Source: Flavobacteriales bacterium (lineage in GTDB: Bacteria > Bacteroidota > Bacteroidia > Flavobacteriales_D > Crocinitomicaceae). From it: a DNA stretch of 41,817 nucleotides. Location: positions 1 through 41,817 of the forward strand of contig JBBSUQ010000001.1 in the NCBI GenBank assembly GCA_038234235.1. Reading direction: 5' to 3'. This document shows positions 17,509 to 27,301 of the stretch, in pieces; position 1 is the stretch's first letter, and the number at the start of each line of letters is the position of its first letter. The notes beneath the pieces were generated by a model. It worked only from the letters and a program-made list of their open reading frames with translations, had not been told where the DNA came from and did no database searches. The position numbers and the translations under genes are program-made.

Positions 17509-20433
17509 TTATTCTATAGGAATTTTAAAAATAACTTCAGTTCCCATAGATTTTCCTTCTGAATTATTGATTTGTACTGGACCAAATAGGTTATAATTTT
17601 GTTCTTTCATTTTAGAAAATAATTCCATTCTCTTGCTCGTAATGCTCATTCCGTGAGATTTATGGTCGCCATCCATACTTGTTTTACTCATCATACTGTT
17701 ATCGATTCCCATTCCGTTGTCTTTAATTTCTATTTGCACGGAATCTTCAAGATTTCTGATTTTTATATTTATTTTGCCTTTTAAGTCTTCATCTGGCAAA
17801 ATGCCGTGAATTATACTGTTTTCAACAAAGGGTTGCAAAAGCATTGAAGGTATCATAATTGAATCTAAATCCATATCACCAGAATCAATTGTGTATTCAA
17901 ATCTATCTTGAAATCGCATTTGTTCGAGTGACAGATAAAGTTCCAATCTTTCAAGTTCTTGTTCCAAACTTACCATACTTCCACCTTCGGCGCTACTGTC
18001 CAGATTTTTACGAATGAGTTTGGCAAAACTTGATAAATATTTATTTGCCGATATGCGGTCTTTATTATTAATAAAATATTGAATGGAATTTAGTGAATTA
18101 AAAATAAAATGACGGTTCATGCTGGCGTTTAATGATTGTTGCTCTAACTGAATCATTCTGCTTTTGTATTCCAACATTTCTTGGTAATTTTTTTGTCGTT
18201 CCCGTTTTATCCTTAACCTAAATAAACCAATAATAATGGCGACAAAAATTATAAATATGAACAAATAGAAATACCAAGTTTTATAAAATGGTGCGCGAAT
18301 AATAAATGATATTTTTTTCTCTTGACTGCGATGTCCTTCTTGATCTATAGCCTTGTAGTGAAAAGTATATTCACCAGCTGGCAAACTTGTATAGGTAATA
18401 GATTTATTTGTTCCTGGTGGCGACCATGTACCTTCAAGACCTTCCAACCAATATTGGTATTTTTGACTTTTTATTTGCGAAAGGGAAATCCCATTCATTT
18501 CAAATGTTAATGTGTTCATTGTGTAGGGTAAAGATAAATCCAGAGGTAAGCCACTGTATGCAAATTTTTTAGCGTATTTGCTGTAATCAAACTCTTTGTA
18601 ATTGAGAAGTATTTCTTCTAAAACCAAGTTGGGCTGTGACTTGTTTTCTTTAGTAATCTCTTTCTTGAAATTAAATTTTACTAAACCTTCTGCTGTTCCA
18701 AACCACAAGTTTCCATTTTTGTCATAAAAAGATGAATTGAGGTTAGTTTCTAGATCTATCAATCCGGATTCAATACCAAAATGTAATATTTCTTTTTCGT
18801 TAAAGAGGTATAATCCGTTGTTTGTTCCTACAAATAATCCTGAAGGAGTTGCGTTTAAAAAATTAATAAACGAAGATGAAGGATTTTTAGAAAGTAGAAT
18901 TTTTTCTATTTTTTGTGTTACCGGATTGAGTTTAAACAAACCATCACTTGTGCCAAAATATATTGCATTTTCAAATTTCGCCAAGCTATATGCAACAGAT
19001 TTTTTATCATCAATATCTTCTAATTTATTACCAGAAATCTTATACAAACCTTTATCAGTTGCACAATATATATCCTTAGAATAAACCAAAATATTTCTCA
19101 CAGAACCCGGCGGATTTGATTCGGGACTGTTGATTCTTATTTTAGAATTTTCATAAATTGAAAGTCCGTTAATTCCTCCAATCAGAAAACTAGAATTTGA
19201 CAGCTTGTAAAGGGTAGTAATTTTATTGCCCGGGCATCCATCTTCTTCATAGTAATATTTTTTATTGCCCGCTTTGTCTATAGAGACCAAACCAAATTCG
19301 GTACCGTACCAATTTTTGTTTTCAATATTCAGCATAGAGCACCATACAAGGTTATTATCTAGCTCTATGTTCTCACTTTTATCTTTAGACATTTTTATCA
19401 GTCCTTTGTCAAAAGATCCAAGATGAAAAGTGCCGTTTTGATCTTGAGATATAGACATAATTAATTCGGATGCGAGGTTGTCTTTTTTATCAAAAAATGT
19501 AAAGGCATCTTCAGGATATTTCAAAATGCCTTTCCCATCTGAACCTAACCAAATGTTTCCTTCAATGTCTTGATAAATCGTTCGAAAATTTACCGTAGGC
19601 AATCCGCTTTTCTCATCTAAATACTGTGTTTTCCCACTTTTATCTCTGACTAGAATACCACTTTTTCCAATAATCCAAATTCTACTTTGATTGTCTACAA
19701 ACAAATATTTATAAACTTCTTGATTTTCTGAATTTTTAGTTGGGAGCTCAATTTTTTTTGTTTTTCCGCTTACCAAATCATATTCAAAAAGGCCTTGTGT
19801 TGGTGTACAAACTAGCAATGTATTATCCTTCCATAGTTTTATAGAATTAATACTTGTTTCCTCAAAGTCTTTAATTTCACTGAATGATTTAAAATCAATA
19901 GTGGTGAAAAGACCATCTCTCGTAGCAATGTAATACTTGTTTTCAATGCATATAATTTCCTTTATTCTCAATAAATTTTCAGAACTTTTTATCTCTTGTA
20001 ATTTTTTATCTTTAAGTTCAAAGAGTCCACCACCATTTACGCCAACGATGATTGTGTTGTTAAAACTAATAATTGAACTTACGCTAACATTTTGTTGAGA
20101 AGATTGCAACTGATAGTTTGCAATAACTTTGTTGTTTTGTATAATACTTAAACCACCTTCATGACCAAGATATACTTTCCCATCAAGATATTGTATGGTG
20201 CTAACCTTATTGTTTAATAGTCCATCGTTTGTAGAGAAAGATAAAAATTCTTCTCCGTTAAATCTTGCTGCTCCGCCTAGTGTGGCAATCCAAAGATAAT
20301 TTTCATGATCTTGTGACATTGCAGTCACCTGTGATTGTGGCAAACCGGAGTTTGTACTGAAATTTACAAAGGAATATTGTTGTGCCTCTGAGCAAAAATG
20401 TAAGAGTAAAAACGCGATTAAAAGACGGTACAT
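17509..20433 (-). CDS. Sensor histidine kinase with periplasmic two-component-regulator beta-propeller repeats and a Y_Y_Y domain, one TM segment, and a LytS-type His_kinase plus HATPase module
   Basis: The likely start is the ATG at 20433 (MYRLLIAFLLLHFCSEAQQ signal), 1 nt after the stop of the LytTR regulator. The track start at 20499 would overlap that gene. Repeated W(I/L)(G/A)T..GL propeller motifs; HFIFNSLNSIQYFI (H-box of PF06580-type kinases); NSIIHG; DNGMGI. Confidence 0.9.
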   Translation of the reverse strand: MYRLLIAFLLLHFCSEAQQYSFVNFSTNSGLPQSQVTAMSQDHENYLWIATLGGAARFNGEEFLSFSTNDGLLNNKVSTIQYLDGKVYLGHEGGLSIIQNNKVIANYQLQSSQQNVSVSSIISFNNTIIVGVNGGGLFELKDKKLQEIKSSENLLRIKEIICIENKYYIATRDGLFTTIDFKSFSEIKDFEETSINSIKLWKDNTLLVCTPTQGLFEYDLVSGKTKKIELPTKNSENQEVYKYLFVDNQSRIWIIGKSGILVRDKSGKTQYLDEKSGLPTVNFRTIYQDIEGNIWLGSDGKGILKYPEDAFTFFDKKDNLASELIMSISQDQNGTFHLGSFDKGLIKMSKDKSENIELDNNLVWCSMLNIENKNWYGTEFGLVSIDKAGNKKYYYEEDGCPGNKITTLYKLSNSSFLIGGINGLSIYENSKIRINSPESNPPGSVRNILVYSKDIYCATDKGLYKISGNKLEDIDDKKSVAYSLAKFENAIYFGTSDGLFKLNPVTQKIEKILLSKNPSSSFINFLNATPSGLFVGTNNGLYLFNEKEILHFGIESGLIDLETNLNSSFYDKNGNLWFGTAEGLVKFNFKKEITKENKSQPNLVLEEILLNYKEFDYSKYAKKFAYSGLPLDLSLPYTMNTLTFEMNGISLSQIKSQKYQYWLEGLEGTWSPPGTNKSITYTSLPAGEYTFHYKAIDQEGHRSQEKKISFIIRAPFYKTWYFYLFIFIIFVAIIIGLFRLRIKRERQKNYQEMLEYKSRMIQLEQQSLNASMNRHFIFNSLNSIQYFINNKDRISANKYLSSFAKLIRKNLDSSAEGGSMVSLEQELERLELYLSLEQMRFQDRFEYTIDSGDMDLDSIMIPSMLLQPFVENSIIHGILPDEDLKGKINIKIRNLEDSVQIEIKDNGMGIDNSMMSKTSMDGDHKSHGMSITSKRMELFSKMKEQNYNLFGPVQINNSEGKSMGTEVIFKIPIE

Positions 20434-20434
20434 T

Positions 20435-21211
20435 TTATTTTTTAAGCATGCGTACAAATTCTGAAACTCTATTTCTTGCAATTGGCAATCGGTTTCCATC
20501 TCTCAACACTGCAAAATGTCCGTCATCACTTAAATATTCTGTCATTTCATCAAGATTAATGATATGTGATTTATGTATTCGACTAAACTTATCTGGATTT
20601 AATATTTGCTCATAAGTTTTAAGGGTGCGGGTGTCGAGAAATCTAGTTTTGTCTTTAAAATAAATTGTGGTACAGTTCCCACTGGCTTCCAAATGAACTA
20701 TGTCTTCATCGTTTACCAATTTTAAACCTTTTGAATGACTTATGGCAATTCTATTATTTGGTTTGTTACGGACTAAGGTATCTGATAAATTTTGTAAAGA
20801 CTGGAAATAACTGTCTCTATTTTCTGGATTTTCTTTGAACATGCCTTTCATTTCAATCACTTTTTTAACAGCAACTTCTAAATCTTCAATATCAATAGGT
20901 TTTAAAAGATAATGCACTGCATTTGCATTGAAAGCTCTAACTGCGTAATCTTTAAAAGCAGTAACAAAAACCACTAAAAAGTCTTTATTTTCTAACTCTT
21001 CCAACAATTCAAATCCTTCTGTGCCAGAAGGCATTCTAATATCCAGAAACACAACATCCGGATGTGAAGATTCAATAATAGCTTTTGCCTGATTTTTTCT
21101 TGATGCTTCGCCAATTACTTCTATCTCTGGACAGTATTCTTCCAGCATCATAATCAGATTTTTTCTTGCAAATTCTTCATCGTCTACTACGAGTGCTCTC
21201 AACTTATCCAT
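20435..21211 (-). CDS. LytR/AlgR-family response regulator (receiver plus LytTR DNA-binding domain)
   Basis: ALVVDDE, VVFLDIRMP and a C-terminal LytTR region (IVHLEASGNCTTIYF...FSRIHKSHIINL). Confidence 0.9.
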   Translation of the reverse strand: MDKLRALVVDDEEFARKNLIMMLEEYCPEIEVIGEASRKNQAKAIIESSHPDVVFLDIRMPSGTEGFELLEELENKDFLVVFVTAFKDYAVRAFNANAVHYLLKPIDIEDLEVAVKKVIEMKGMFKENPENRDSYFQSLQNLSDTLVRNKPNNRIAISHSKGLKLVNDEDIVHLEASGNCTTIYFKDKTRFLDTRTLKTYEQILNPDKFSRIHKSHIINLDEMTEYLSDDGHFAVLRDGNRLPIARNRVSEFVRMLKK

Positions 21212-21462
21212 CTTGTGTTTTTTGATTTATTAAAGTTAAAACTAATAATAATTTGCGACTAGAAATATTTACCGTAAGATTTGTATTGCGGGCTTTTAAC
21301 ATTCCGTTAACAACAGCTCACTATAAATTTTAGGCACTTTAAGTTTTATTTTTTTTATAAACTTAATAAATCTCTATTTTTAAGGTATGTAAGAAATATA
21401 AAAAAGTATATATGGATATAAAACTACACCATCCTGTCCAATTTATTTGGATTTTTATAGAT

Positions 21463-21492
21463 AACGGAAACTGAAAAGTTTCCGTTTTTTAT
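21463..21492. terminator. Strong hairpin downstream of the M4 protease gene. The T-tract is on the plus strand only.
   Basis: AACGGAAAC-tgaaaa-GTTTCCGTT (9-bp perfect stem), followed on the plus strand by TTTTATTTG. On the minus strand, the strand of the flanking genes, no U-tract follows it. Confidence 0.4.
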
Positions 21493-21511
21493 TTGTTTAA
21501 TTCTAAATTTA

Positions 21512-24505
21512 CTAACGAATTTTTATCAAATTGAATCTTGACACTCCGTTACTTGCATCCGTTGATTTATACCTGCACTCCAAAATATAATTACCCGGAC
21601 TTAAAAAATCAGTGGTTATTTCTATTTCTTTTTGCATTCCTTCTGTTTTCTGTTCAAATACAACTCTACCACTCATATCTTTAATTGTCATTTCAAGATT
21701 CTCCAAATTTATATTTGGTTGTAAAATTAAATGGTCTTGAAAAGGATTTGGATAAGCTAAGAAGATAGATTCCGTTTCGTTTAAATCAGAAATGCCAGCA
21801 GTTGATTGCACTTGAATATTTTGGATATTGATTTCAGTTGTGCTACCACAATATCCAACTGTAAGGGTCACAGTTTTTAATCCGGGAGTAGTAAATGTAA
21901 AGTTCGGGTTTTGTAAGGTAGAAGTAGAAATTCCGTCAAAATCCCAAAACCAAGATGTCGGATTTGATACTGAGTTATCGGTAAACTGAACAGAATTGTT
22001 TGCAAAAGGATTGTAATTAGATGCTGTAAAACTTGCTGAATTGTTGACTGATGACATTCCTTCATAAATAATTAAAAACCCACTAGCGGTTACAGATATA
22101 TCAGATTCAAACAAAATATAAACACTTGGTCCTGTTGAGGTGTAAGTTAAATTGTTGTCATAGCCAGAAAGTGTTGCCAATAATGGAGAGGAAGTATTTG
22201 GACCGTCATAAATATAGAGATAATCGTAGAAATCTTCTAAATTTAATTCTTGAACATTAATTTGGACAAATTCAGCTTCACAAGGTTGCAAAAGAATACC
22301 ACAAGATTCATTGTCCATATAATCATTCAACTCGCCACCAGAATCATATAAAATTCCGCTTCCGTTTGTAAAACTCGACTGAAATCCACAAAAATTGTTT
22401 GCCGTTAGCAAGGTAAAATTCTCGCTAAAACTAGTTGTTCCACCACAATTATTGACTGTTAAATTAACGGTGTAAGTTCCTGGAGTGGTATAAGAATGAA
22501 TGGGGTTTTGCAAATTACTAGTTGTTCCATCTCCAAAATCCCATAGCCAAGATGTGGGATTATTTGTTGACATATCCGTGAAATTTATTGGATTGTTCGG
22601 ATACAAACCAGAACTTGTTGAAAATGAGGCAACGCTAGGAATTAGGCCAATTTCCACTGCACTATTTATTGTTTGTGTGTCTGTTGAAGGACATATAGTT
22701 ACATTGGTAACAATTAAAGTTACATCAAAAGATCCTGTAGAATTATAAATATGAGATGGGTTGGCTAACGTAGAATTTGTGCCATCACCAAAATCCCATA
22801 AATAATTTTCATAACCTATGCCGGCATTAAACTGAACTGAAAGCGGAGCAACGCAGCTAAAAACCTGATCTAAAGTAAAGTTTGCATTGGGTTGCAAAGT
22901 TGAAAAATTAGGACCCACACCCACTGCATACCAAGCATGAACTACTTCTAAATGTTGAAATGAACACAAACCAAATAAATCTATAGCGGCCTGTTCTGAA
23001 CCTTGTCTTGCATCCAAAAAAGTGGAGTAAGGAGTGAGGTAAACGTTTAAATTTCTATAAGCAATTTTCATTGCATCGGTCATTCCAATTGCAGAAACGG
23101 CATAGTTGCTACCTATATCATTTGTCCCTGAACCACCCGTAACTAGAAGATAGTACCAAAAATTTTGAATACCACTGTCATAATGTACGATGTCTCCATT
23201 ATTGAAAAACAAACCTCCATAAGTATCTGCATTTTGAAAATCATTTGGGTTTGCCATGTTGCGAAATGCTAAAGCACCGCTGGCACCAGGTTTCAATATT
23301 TGGTCGCCAATATACCAAGTTGCAGAATCTGAAGCATATATAAATCGAATTGTGTTGCCGAAAATATCACTAAAAGATTCATTTAAAGCGCCAGATTCAT
23401 CAGCGTAAACCAATCCTGCTGAGAATTCTGTTACACCATGTGTAAGTTCGTGCCCCGCAACTTCTAAAGATGCAACGGGATATCTATTGGCATCTCCATC
23501 TCCGTAATGCATTTCAGGCATTGAACCTCCTGACCAATATGCATTAACACCTACTGATGCATCATTGGCATAGCTAAGTATTGGTCCGCCTGCATCGTCA
23601 TAAGAATCTCTTCCGAAATTGTCAAAGTAAAATTTATAAGTGCTTTGGGCACCGTAATGCACATCTGTTGCAAATTCGTCTAGATTTGCATTTACATTGT
23701 TCCAATCATTATCTGTGTCAGAATAAATAACGTTTGTGTTTGCATTATAAGTTATAATTCCCCCGCCATTTGTGGTTTCTTGTAATTTAAAATTAGTTGG
23801 TCCAAGTTGGTTTGTTGTAATATTTTGGGTGCCTGAAAATTGTGTGTGCGCAGTACCAATAACATCTATTGCACAAAGTTTACTCAATTCTTTTATTTTC
23901 TTTCCACTTTGAGCATCAATATAAATGTATTTATTCATTAAAGGTTGGTGGCTGGCAAGCACACATTTATAGGCTAAGTACATATTAGAACCAACACGTG
24001 TAAAAATTAATTCGGCGGTTGGATTTTCTAAAATGTTTAAATCTACTTTTTGGTCGTTGCTGGCTGTAGTTAAAGCTTGCTGGCCGGAAATTGATGGAGT
24101 ATTAGACGCCTTAAAATTAGCTAATAACCCATTGGCACTCTGTAATATTTCGGTCTGACTGTGAAAAATATATACCATATCTTCAACCAAAATTCCTTTA
24201 TAATATTGTTGGTATTTGAAATGTGTAAAACCTAAATCATCTTGGTTGGTTTTTGATAAAATAAAATTTGAGTTCTCATCAGAAATAATTGTTTTGAGAA
24301 TTATAGGAATTTTATCATTGAGAATTTTACTTTCTTTTGAAAAATTTATGTGGTTTATAGTAAGTAAACTGGTATCGTAAGAAATTCTCGATGAACCTTC
24401 AATTAATTTCTTGGCATCATTTCCAAATAAAACCGGAGCTTTAACCTGAGCCATAAATTGACTTGCACTAAAACATAGAAATGCAAAAAGTAAAATGTTT
24501 TTCAT
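21512..24505 (-). CDS. T9SS-secreted thermolysin-like (M4) zinc metalloprotease with propeptide, three PKD-like domains, a CUB-like domain and a C-terminal sorting domain
   Basis: VAGHELTHGVTE...GALNESFSDIFG (M4 HExxH plus the Glu ligand). WDFGDG...TVTL PKD motifs occur three times. The CUB-like segment is CGF...DYLYIYDG...FESDISVTASGFLIIY. C-terminal CTD LAYPNPFQDHLILQ...PGNYILEC. Signal peptide at the N-terminus. Confidence 0.9.
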   Translation of the reverse strand: MKNILLFAFLCFSASQFMAQVKAPVLFGNDAKKLIEGSSRISYDTSLLTINHINFSKESKILNDKIPIILKTIISDENSNFILSKTNQDDLGFTHFKYQQYYKGILVEDMVYIFHSQTEILQSANGLLANFKASNTPSISGQQALTTASNDQKVDLNILENPTAELIFTRVGSNMYLAYKCVLASHQPLMNKYIYIDAQSGKKIKELSKLCAIDVIGTAHTQFSGTQNITTNQLGPTNFKLQETTNGGGIITYNANTNVIYSDTDNDWNNVNANLDEFATDVHYGAQSTYKFYFDNFGRDSYDDAGGPILSYANDASVGVNAYWSGGSMPEMHYGDGDANRYPVASLEVAGHELTHGVTEFSAGLVYADESGALNESFSDIFGNTIRFIYASDSATWYIGDQILKPGASGALAFRNMANPNDFQNADTYGGLFFNNGDIVHYDSGIQNFWYYLLVTGGSGTNDIGSNYAVSAIGMTDAMKIAYRNLNVYLTPYSTFLDARQGSEQAAIDLFGLCSFQHLEVVHAWYAVGVGPNFSTLQPNANFTLDQVFSCVAPLSVQFNAGIGYENYLWDFGDGTNSTLANPSHIYNSTGSFDVTLIVTNVTICPSTDTQTINSAVEIGLIPSVASFSTSSGLYPNNPINFTDMSTNNPTSWLWDFGDGTTSNLQNPIHSYTTPGTYTVNLTVNNCGGTTSFSENFTLLTANNFCGFQSSFTNGSGILYDSGGELNDYMDNESCGILLQPCEAEFVQINVQELNLEDFYDYLYIYDGPNTSSPLLATLSGYDNNLTYTSTGPSVYILFESDISVTASGFLIIYEGMSSVNNSASFTASNYNPFANNSVQFTDNSVSNPTSWFWDFDGISTSTLQNPNFTFTTPGLKTVTLTVGYCGSTTEINIQNIQVQSTAGISDLNETESIFLAYPNPFQDHLILQPNINLENLEMTIKDMSGRVVFEQKTEGMQKEIEITTDFLSPGNYILECRYKSTDASNGVSRFNLIKIR

Positions 24506-24721
24506 AAGTAAATATTTGCGTAGAACAAAAATTCAAATGATGATTTTAATATTTAACCAATTAGAATTATACAACGAAATCTAAATAGCCAAAAATCAAA
24601 ATTTGAATAAGGAAAGTTAATAATAATTATGATTGGCCGCTTATTTTTATTTTTTATGCTAGATGTTTATATTGTATGGTAGTTTTAATTTCTTTAATGG
24701 CATTAAACGATTTACTAAAAG

Positions 24722-25444
24722 TTACGTTTCTATTATTTTATTTAAAATAAGTAATACATCACTTTTTACTTCAATGTACGACATGTGGCCACAATTCTCC
24801 AATATATAAAACTGTGCATCTGGAAATTTGTCTTGGTCTTCCAGAATTGTATTGAGTACTACCGCCTTGTCTTCTTCGCCGAGAATAAATATGCAATTAT
24901 CTTTTAAATTTTGTACCGTATTTATATTGTTTTCACGGTTTTTCATAGCTCTGCAAGCTTCTTGTATAGCCGAAACACTAAAATTTCCTGCACTTTCTTG
25001 AATGGCTTTTATTTCGGCTGGATATTTTAAAGGTTCATGAAAAAGATTTGGAATAGTTTCCCTTATGTAAGCGTTCTTTTTAGTCTCGACGAGCGCAATC
25101 ACTCTATCTCGGTCTTGTTTTTTTTCTTCAGAATCAGCCTTGTATGTTGAATTTAAAAGTATAATTTCCCCTTCAAAATTTTCTTGATTGGCAATTTCCA
25201 TTGCAATGTAACCACCCATGGAATGTCCGATAATTGTTATATTATTTCCATGGTTTTCATATATTTCTTCCCACCATTTTTTCGCCAAATTTGAAATTGA
25301 ATAAGGCAGAATTTCATTTTTAGAATCTGAAGTATGTCCTGGAATGGAATAATAAACTTTTTCTATAGAAAGTTCATCCATAAAATTCCACATTTCATTG
25401 CTTTCTAAAAAACCATGAATACAAATTATCGTTTTATTTTTCAT
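24722..25444 (-). CDS. Alpha/beta-fold hydrolase (esterase/lipase-like)
   Basis: 240 aa. IICIHGF near the N-terminus, nucleophile elbow GHSMGG, and a C-terminal GH (CGHMSY). Overlaps the pepP stop by 11 nt. Confidence 0.8.
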   Translation of the reverse strand: MKNKTIICIHGFLESNEMWNFMDELSIEKVYYSIPGHTSDSKNEILPYSISNLAKKWWEEIYENHGNNITIIGHSMGGYIAMEIANQENFEGEIILLNSTYKADSEEKKQDRDRVIALVETKKNAYIRETIPNLFHEPLKYPAEIKAIQESAGNFSVSAIQEACRAMKNRENNINTVQNLKDNCIFILGEEDKAVVLNTILEDQDKFPDAQFYILENCGHMSYIEVKSDVLLILNKIIET

Positions 25445-26726
25445 TCATTAAACTTTCAATTTCGTCTGCTTCTATCGGTATATTTGCCATTAAATTAAGA
25501 GGTTTTTTAGATTTAACAACCAAATCATCTTCCAATCTTATTCCTAAATTTTCTTCTAAAATATATATTCCAGGTTCACAGGTAAAAACCATATTTTCTT
25601 TAATTGGTTCGTGCCAAAGTCCTACATCATGCACATCTAACCCAAGAAAATGAGAAGTGCCATGCATGAAATATTTTTTGTAGGCAGGCCAATCTTTATT
25701 TTGATTTTTAATATCTGTTTTATCAATTAATTTTAATTTAATAAGTTCTTTTTCCATTAGCTTACCCACTTCTTTATGGTAATCGGCCAAGATTGTTCCT
25801 GGTACTAACATTTTTTGAGCTTCGTTTTTAACATGTAAAACAGAATTGTAAACTGCTTTTTGTCGCGGTGAAAATTTACCTCCTACCGGTAAACATCTGG
25901 TCATATCTGAAGCATAATTTGCATATTCGGCGCCTACATCTAATAAAATCACATCTCCTTTTTGGCATGGTTGGTTATTTTGAATGTAGTGCAAAACACA
26001 AGCATTTCTTCCAGAAGCAACAATTGGTGTGTATGCAAATCCGTTGGATCGGTTATTCAAAAATTCATGCATCAATTCCGCTTCAATTTGAAATTCTTCA
26101 ATACCAGGTTTCACAAATTTCAATAAGCGTCTAAATCCTTTTTCAGTAATATCGCAGGCTTGTTTAATCAAATCAATTTCTATAGAATCTTTAATAGATC
26201 TTAATTTGTGTAATATTGGAGCACTTTTGGCGAGTGCATGTGCGGGATATTTTTTTATAATTTCTACTATGAAACGATCTTCCCTTGTTTGAACATCATT
26301 ATTTGCTCTAAGATGTTCGTTTGTATTGATGTATAAAGTATCAGCTTCACCCATTATTTGTTTAAAAATAGTGTCAAATTGATTCAGCCAATATATAGTT
26401 TCAACTCCACTAACAGAAGTTGCTTGTTTTTTTGAATATTTTTCACCTTCCCAAATAGCTATGTGCTCATTTGTTTCTTTTAGAAATAAAATTTCACGAT
26501 GCTTTGGGTTGCTGGCATTGGGCGATAAAACAAGAATTGATTCTTCTTGATCGGCTCCTGACAAAAATAATATATCACTGTGTTGCCTGAAAGCCAATGA
26601 ACCATCTGCACTTGTCGGGTAAATGTCATTTGAATTAAAAACTGCACAACTATTGCCTTTCATGGCTTTCATAAAGTTTTTTCTGTTCTTTATAAAGAGT
26701 TTATTTGGTAATTGATGATATTTCAT
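25434..26726 (-). CDS. pepP: Xaa-Pro aminopeptidase (M24B family)
   Basis: 430 aa. M24 metal-ligand motifs: DVGAEYANYASDMTR, HGTSHFLGLDVHD, EPGIY and IRLEDD. Confidence 0.9.
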   Translation of the reverse strand: MKYHQLPNKLFIKNRKNFMKAMKGNSCAVFNSNDIYPTSADGSLAFRQHSDILFLSGADQEESILVLSPNASNPKHREILFLKETNEHIAIWEGEKYSKKQATSVSGVETIYWLNQFDTIFKQIMGEADTLYINTNEHLRANNDVQTREDRFIVEIIKKYPAHALAKSAPILHKLRSIKDSIEIDLIKQACDITEKGFRRLLKFVKPGIEEFQIEAELMHEFLNNRSNGFAYTPIVASGRNACVLHYIQNNQPCQKGDVILLDVGAEYANYASDMTRCLPVGGKFSPRQKAVYNSVLHVKNEAQKMLVPGTILADYHKEVGKLMEKELIKLKLIDKTDIKNQNKDWPAYKKYFMHGTSHFLGLDVHDVGLWHEPIKENMVFTCEPGIYILEENLGIRLEDDLVVKSKKPLNLMANIPIEADEIESLMNEK

Positions 26727-26825
26727 ACAATATTATTATTTGGCCTTGAAATTAAAAATAAAATAGAGATTTTGAAAATAAAAAGTAGAACGTAAATAGA
26801 TTACGTTGTGCTGGCGCAATCTTTG

Positions 26826-26886
26826 CATCGTAATTCATCGTAATTAAGAATTGAGGATTCAAGATAAGCATTAAAAATAAGCATTA
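26826..26886 (+). repeat. Two pairs of perfect 10-bp direct repeats immediately upstream of the 26886 ORF
   Basis: CATCGTAATT at 26826-26835 and 26836-26845 (tandem). ATAAGCATTA at 26864-26873 and 26877-26886; the last base is the A of the ATG. Confidence 0.8.
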
Positions 26887-27206
26887 TGAAAAATTCAAAT
26901 GTAACAATTAAAATTTCAGAGATTAGTTTTCAATCTACAGACAGTCATGTTTTGATAAAAGGGGAGGTGCGCGAAAATCATTTGCGATTTAACAGTGAAC
27001 TAATGTTGCCAATGCACGGTTTAAATCGAGTATTAAATGATTTGGATAAAGTCAATACATCAAATTCGGATATATCTTTTGAAACTTTGCCAATTTTTGG
27101 CACTGAGAGTAACTATTATTTTTGGAAAAATCAGAGTGATGAATTATCTGAAATTACAGTTAATTATAATTCTGAAATTCAAAATGTTCGACAAATACGG
27201 GCATAA
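26886..27206 (+). CDS. Hypothetical cytoplasmic protein (106 aa)
   Basis: ATG-initiated ORF in an otherwise non-coding gap. No recognisable motif. Confidence 0.45.
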   Translation: MKNSNVTIKISEISFQSTDSHVLIKGEVRENHLRFNSELMLPMHGLNRVLNDLDKVNTSNSDISFETLPIFGTESNYYFWKNQSDELSEITVNYNSEIQNVRQIRA

Positions 27207-27301
27207 ATTCATTCAATCAACCAAAATATTCAAGTAGAGGCAACCATTTAGGTTATTTTACGTATTTTTATAAGATATTTTAAATTAAAACATACTAGAA
27301 T

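Noticed and set aside
18322-19084. Plus-strand ORFs 18322-18510 and 18737-19084. The same judgement applies to 20382-20615, 22500-22748, 25868-26134, 33247-33447, 33614-33859, 34605-35077, 38154-38447, 39692-40373, 8749-8985 and 6571-6786.
   Set aside because: Each is antisense to a long gene with a recognised domain, and none has motifs of its own.
20434-20499. 22-codon N-terminal extension of the histidine kinase overlapping the LytTR gene. The same applies to the track starts at 31176 (MFP) and 29846 (TolC).
   Set aside because: In each case an internal ATG is followed directly by a signal peptide or lipobox, and using it removes or reduces the long overlap with the upstream gene (the TolC-family gene still overlaps the TetR gene end by about 14 nt).
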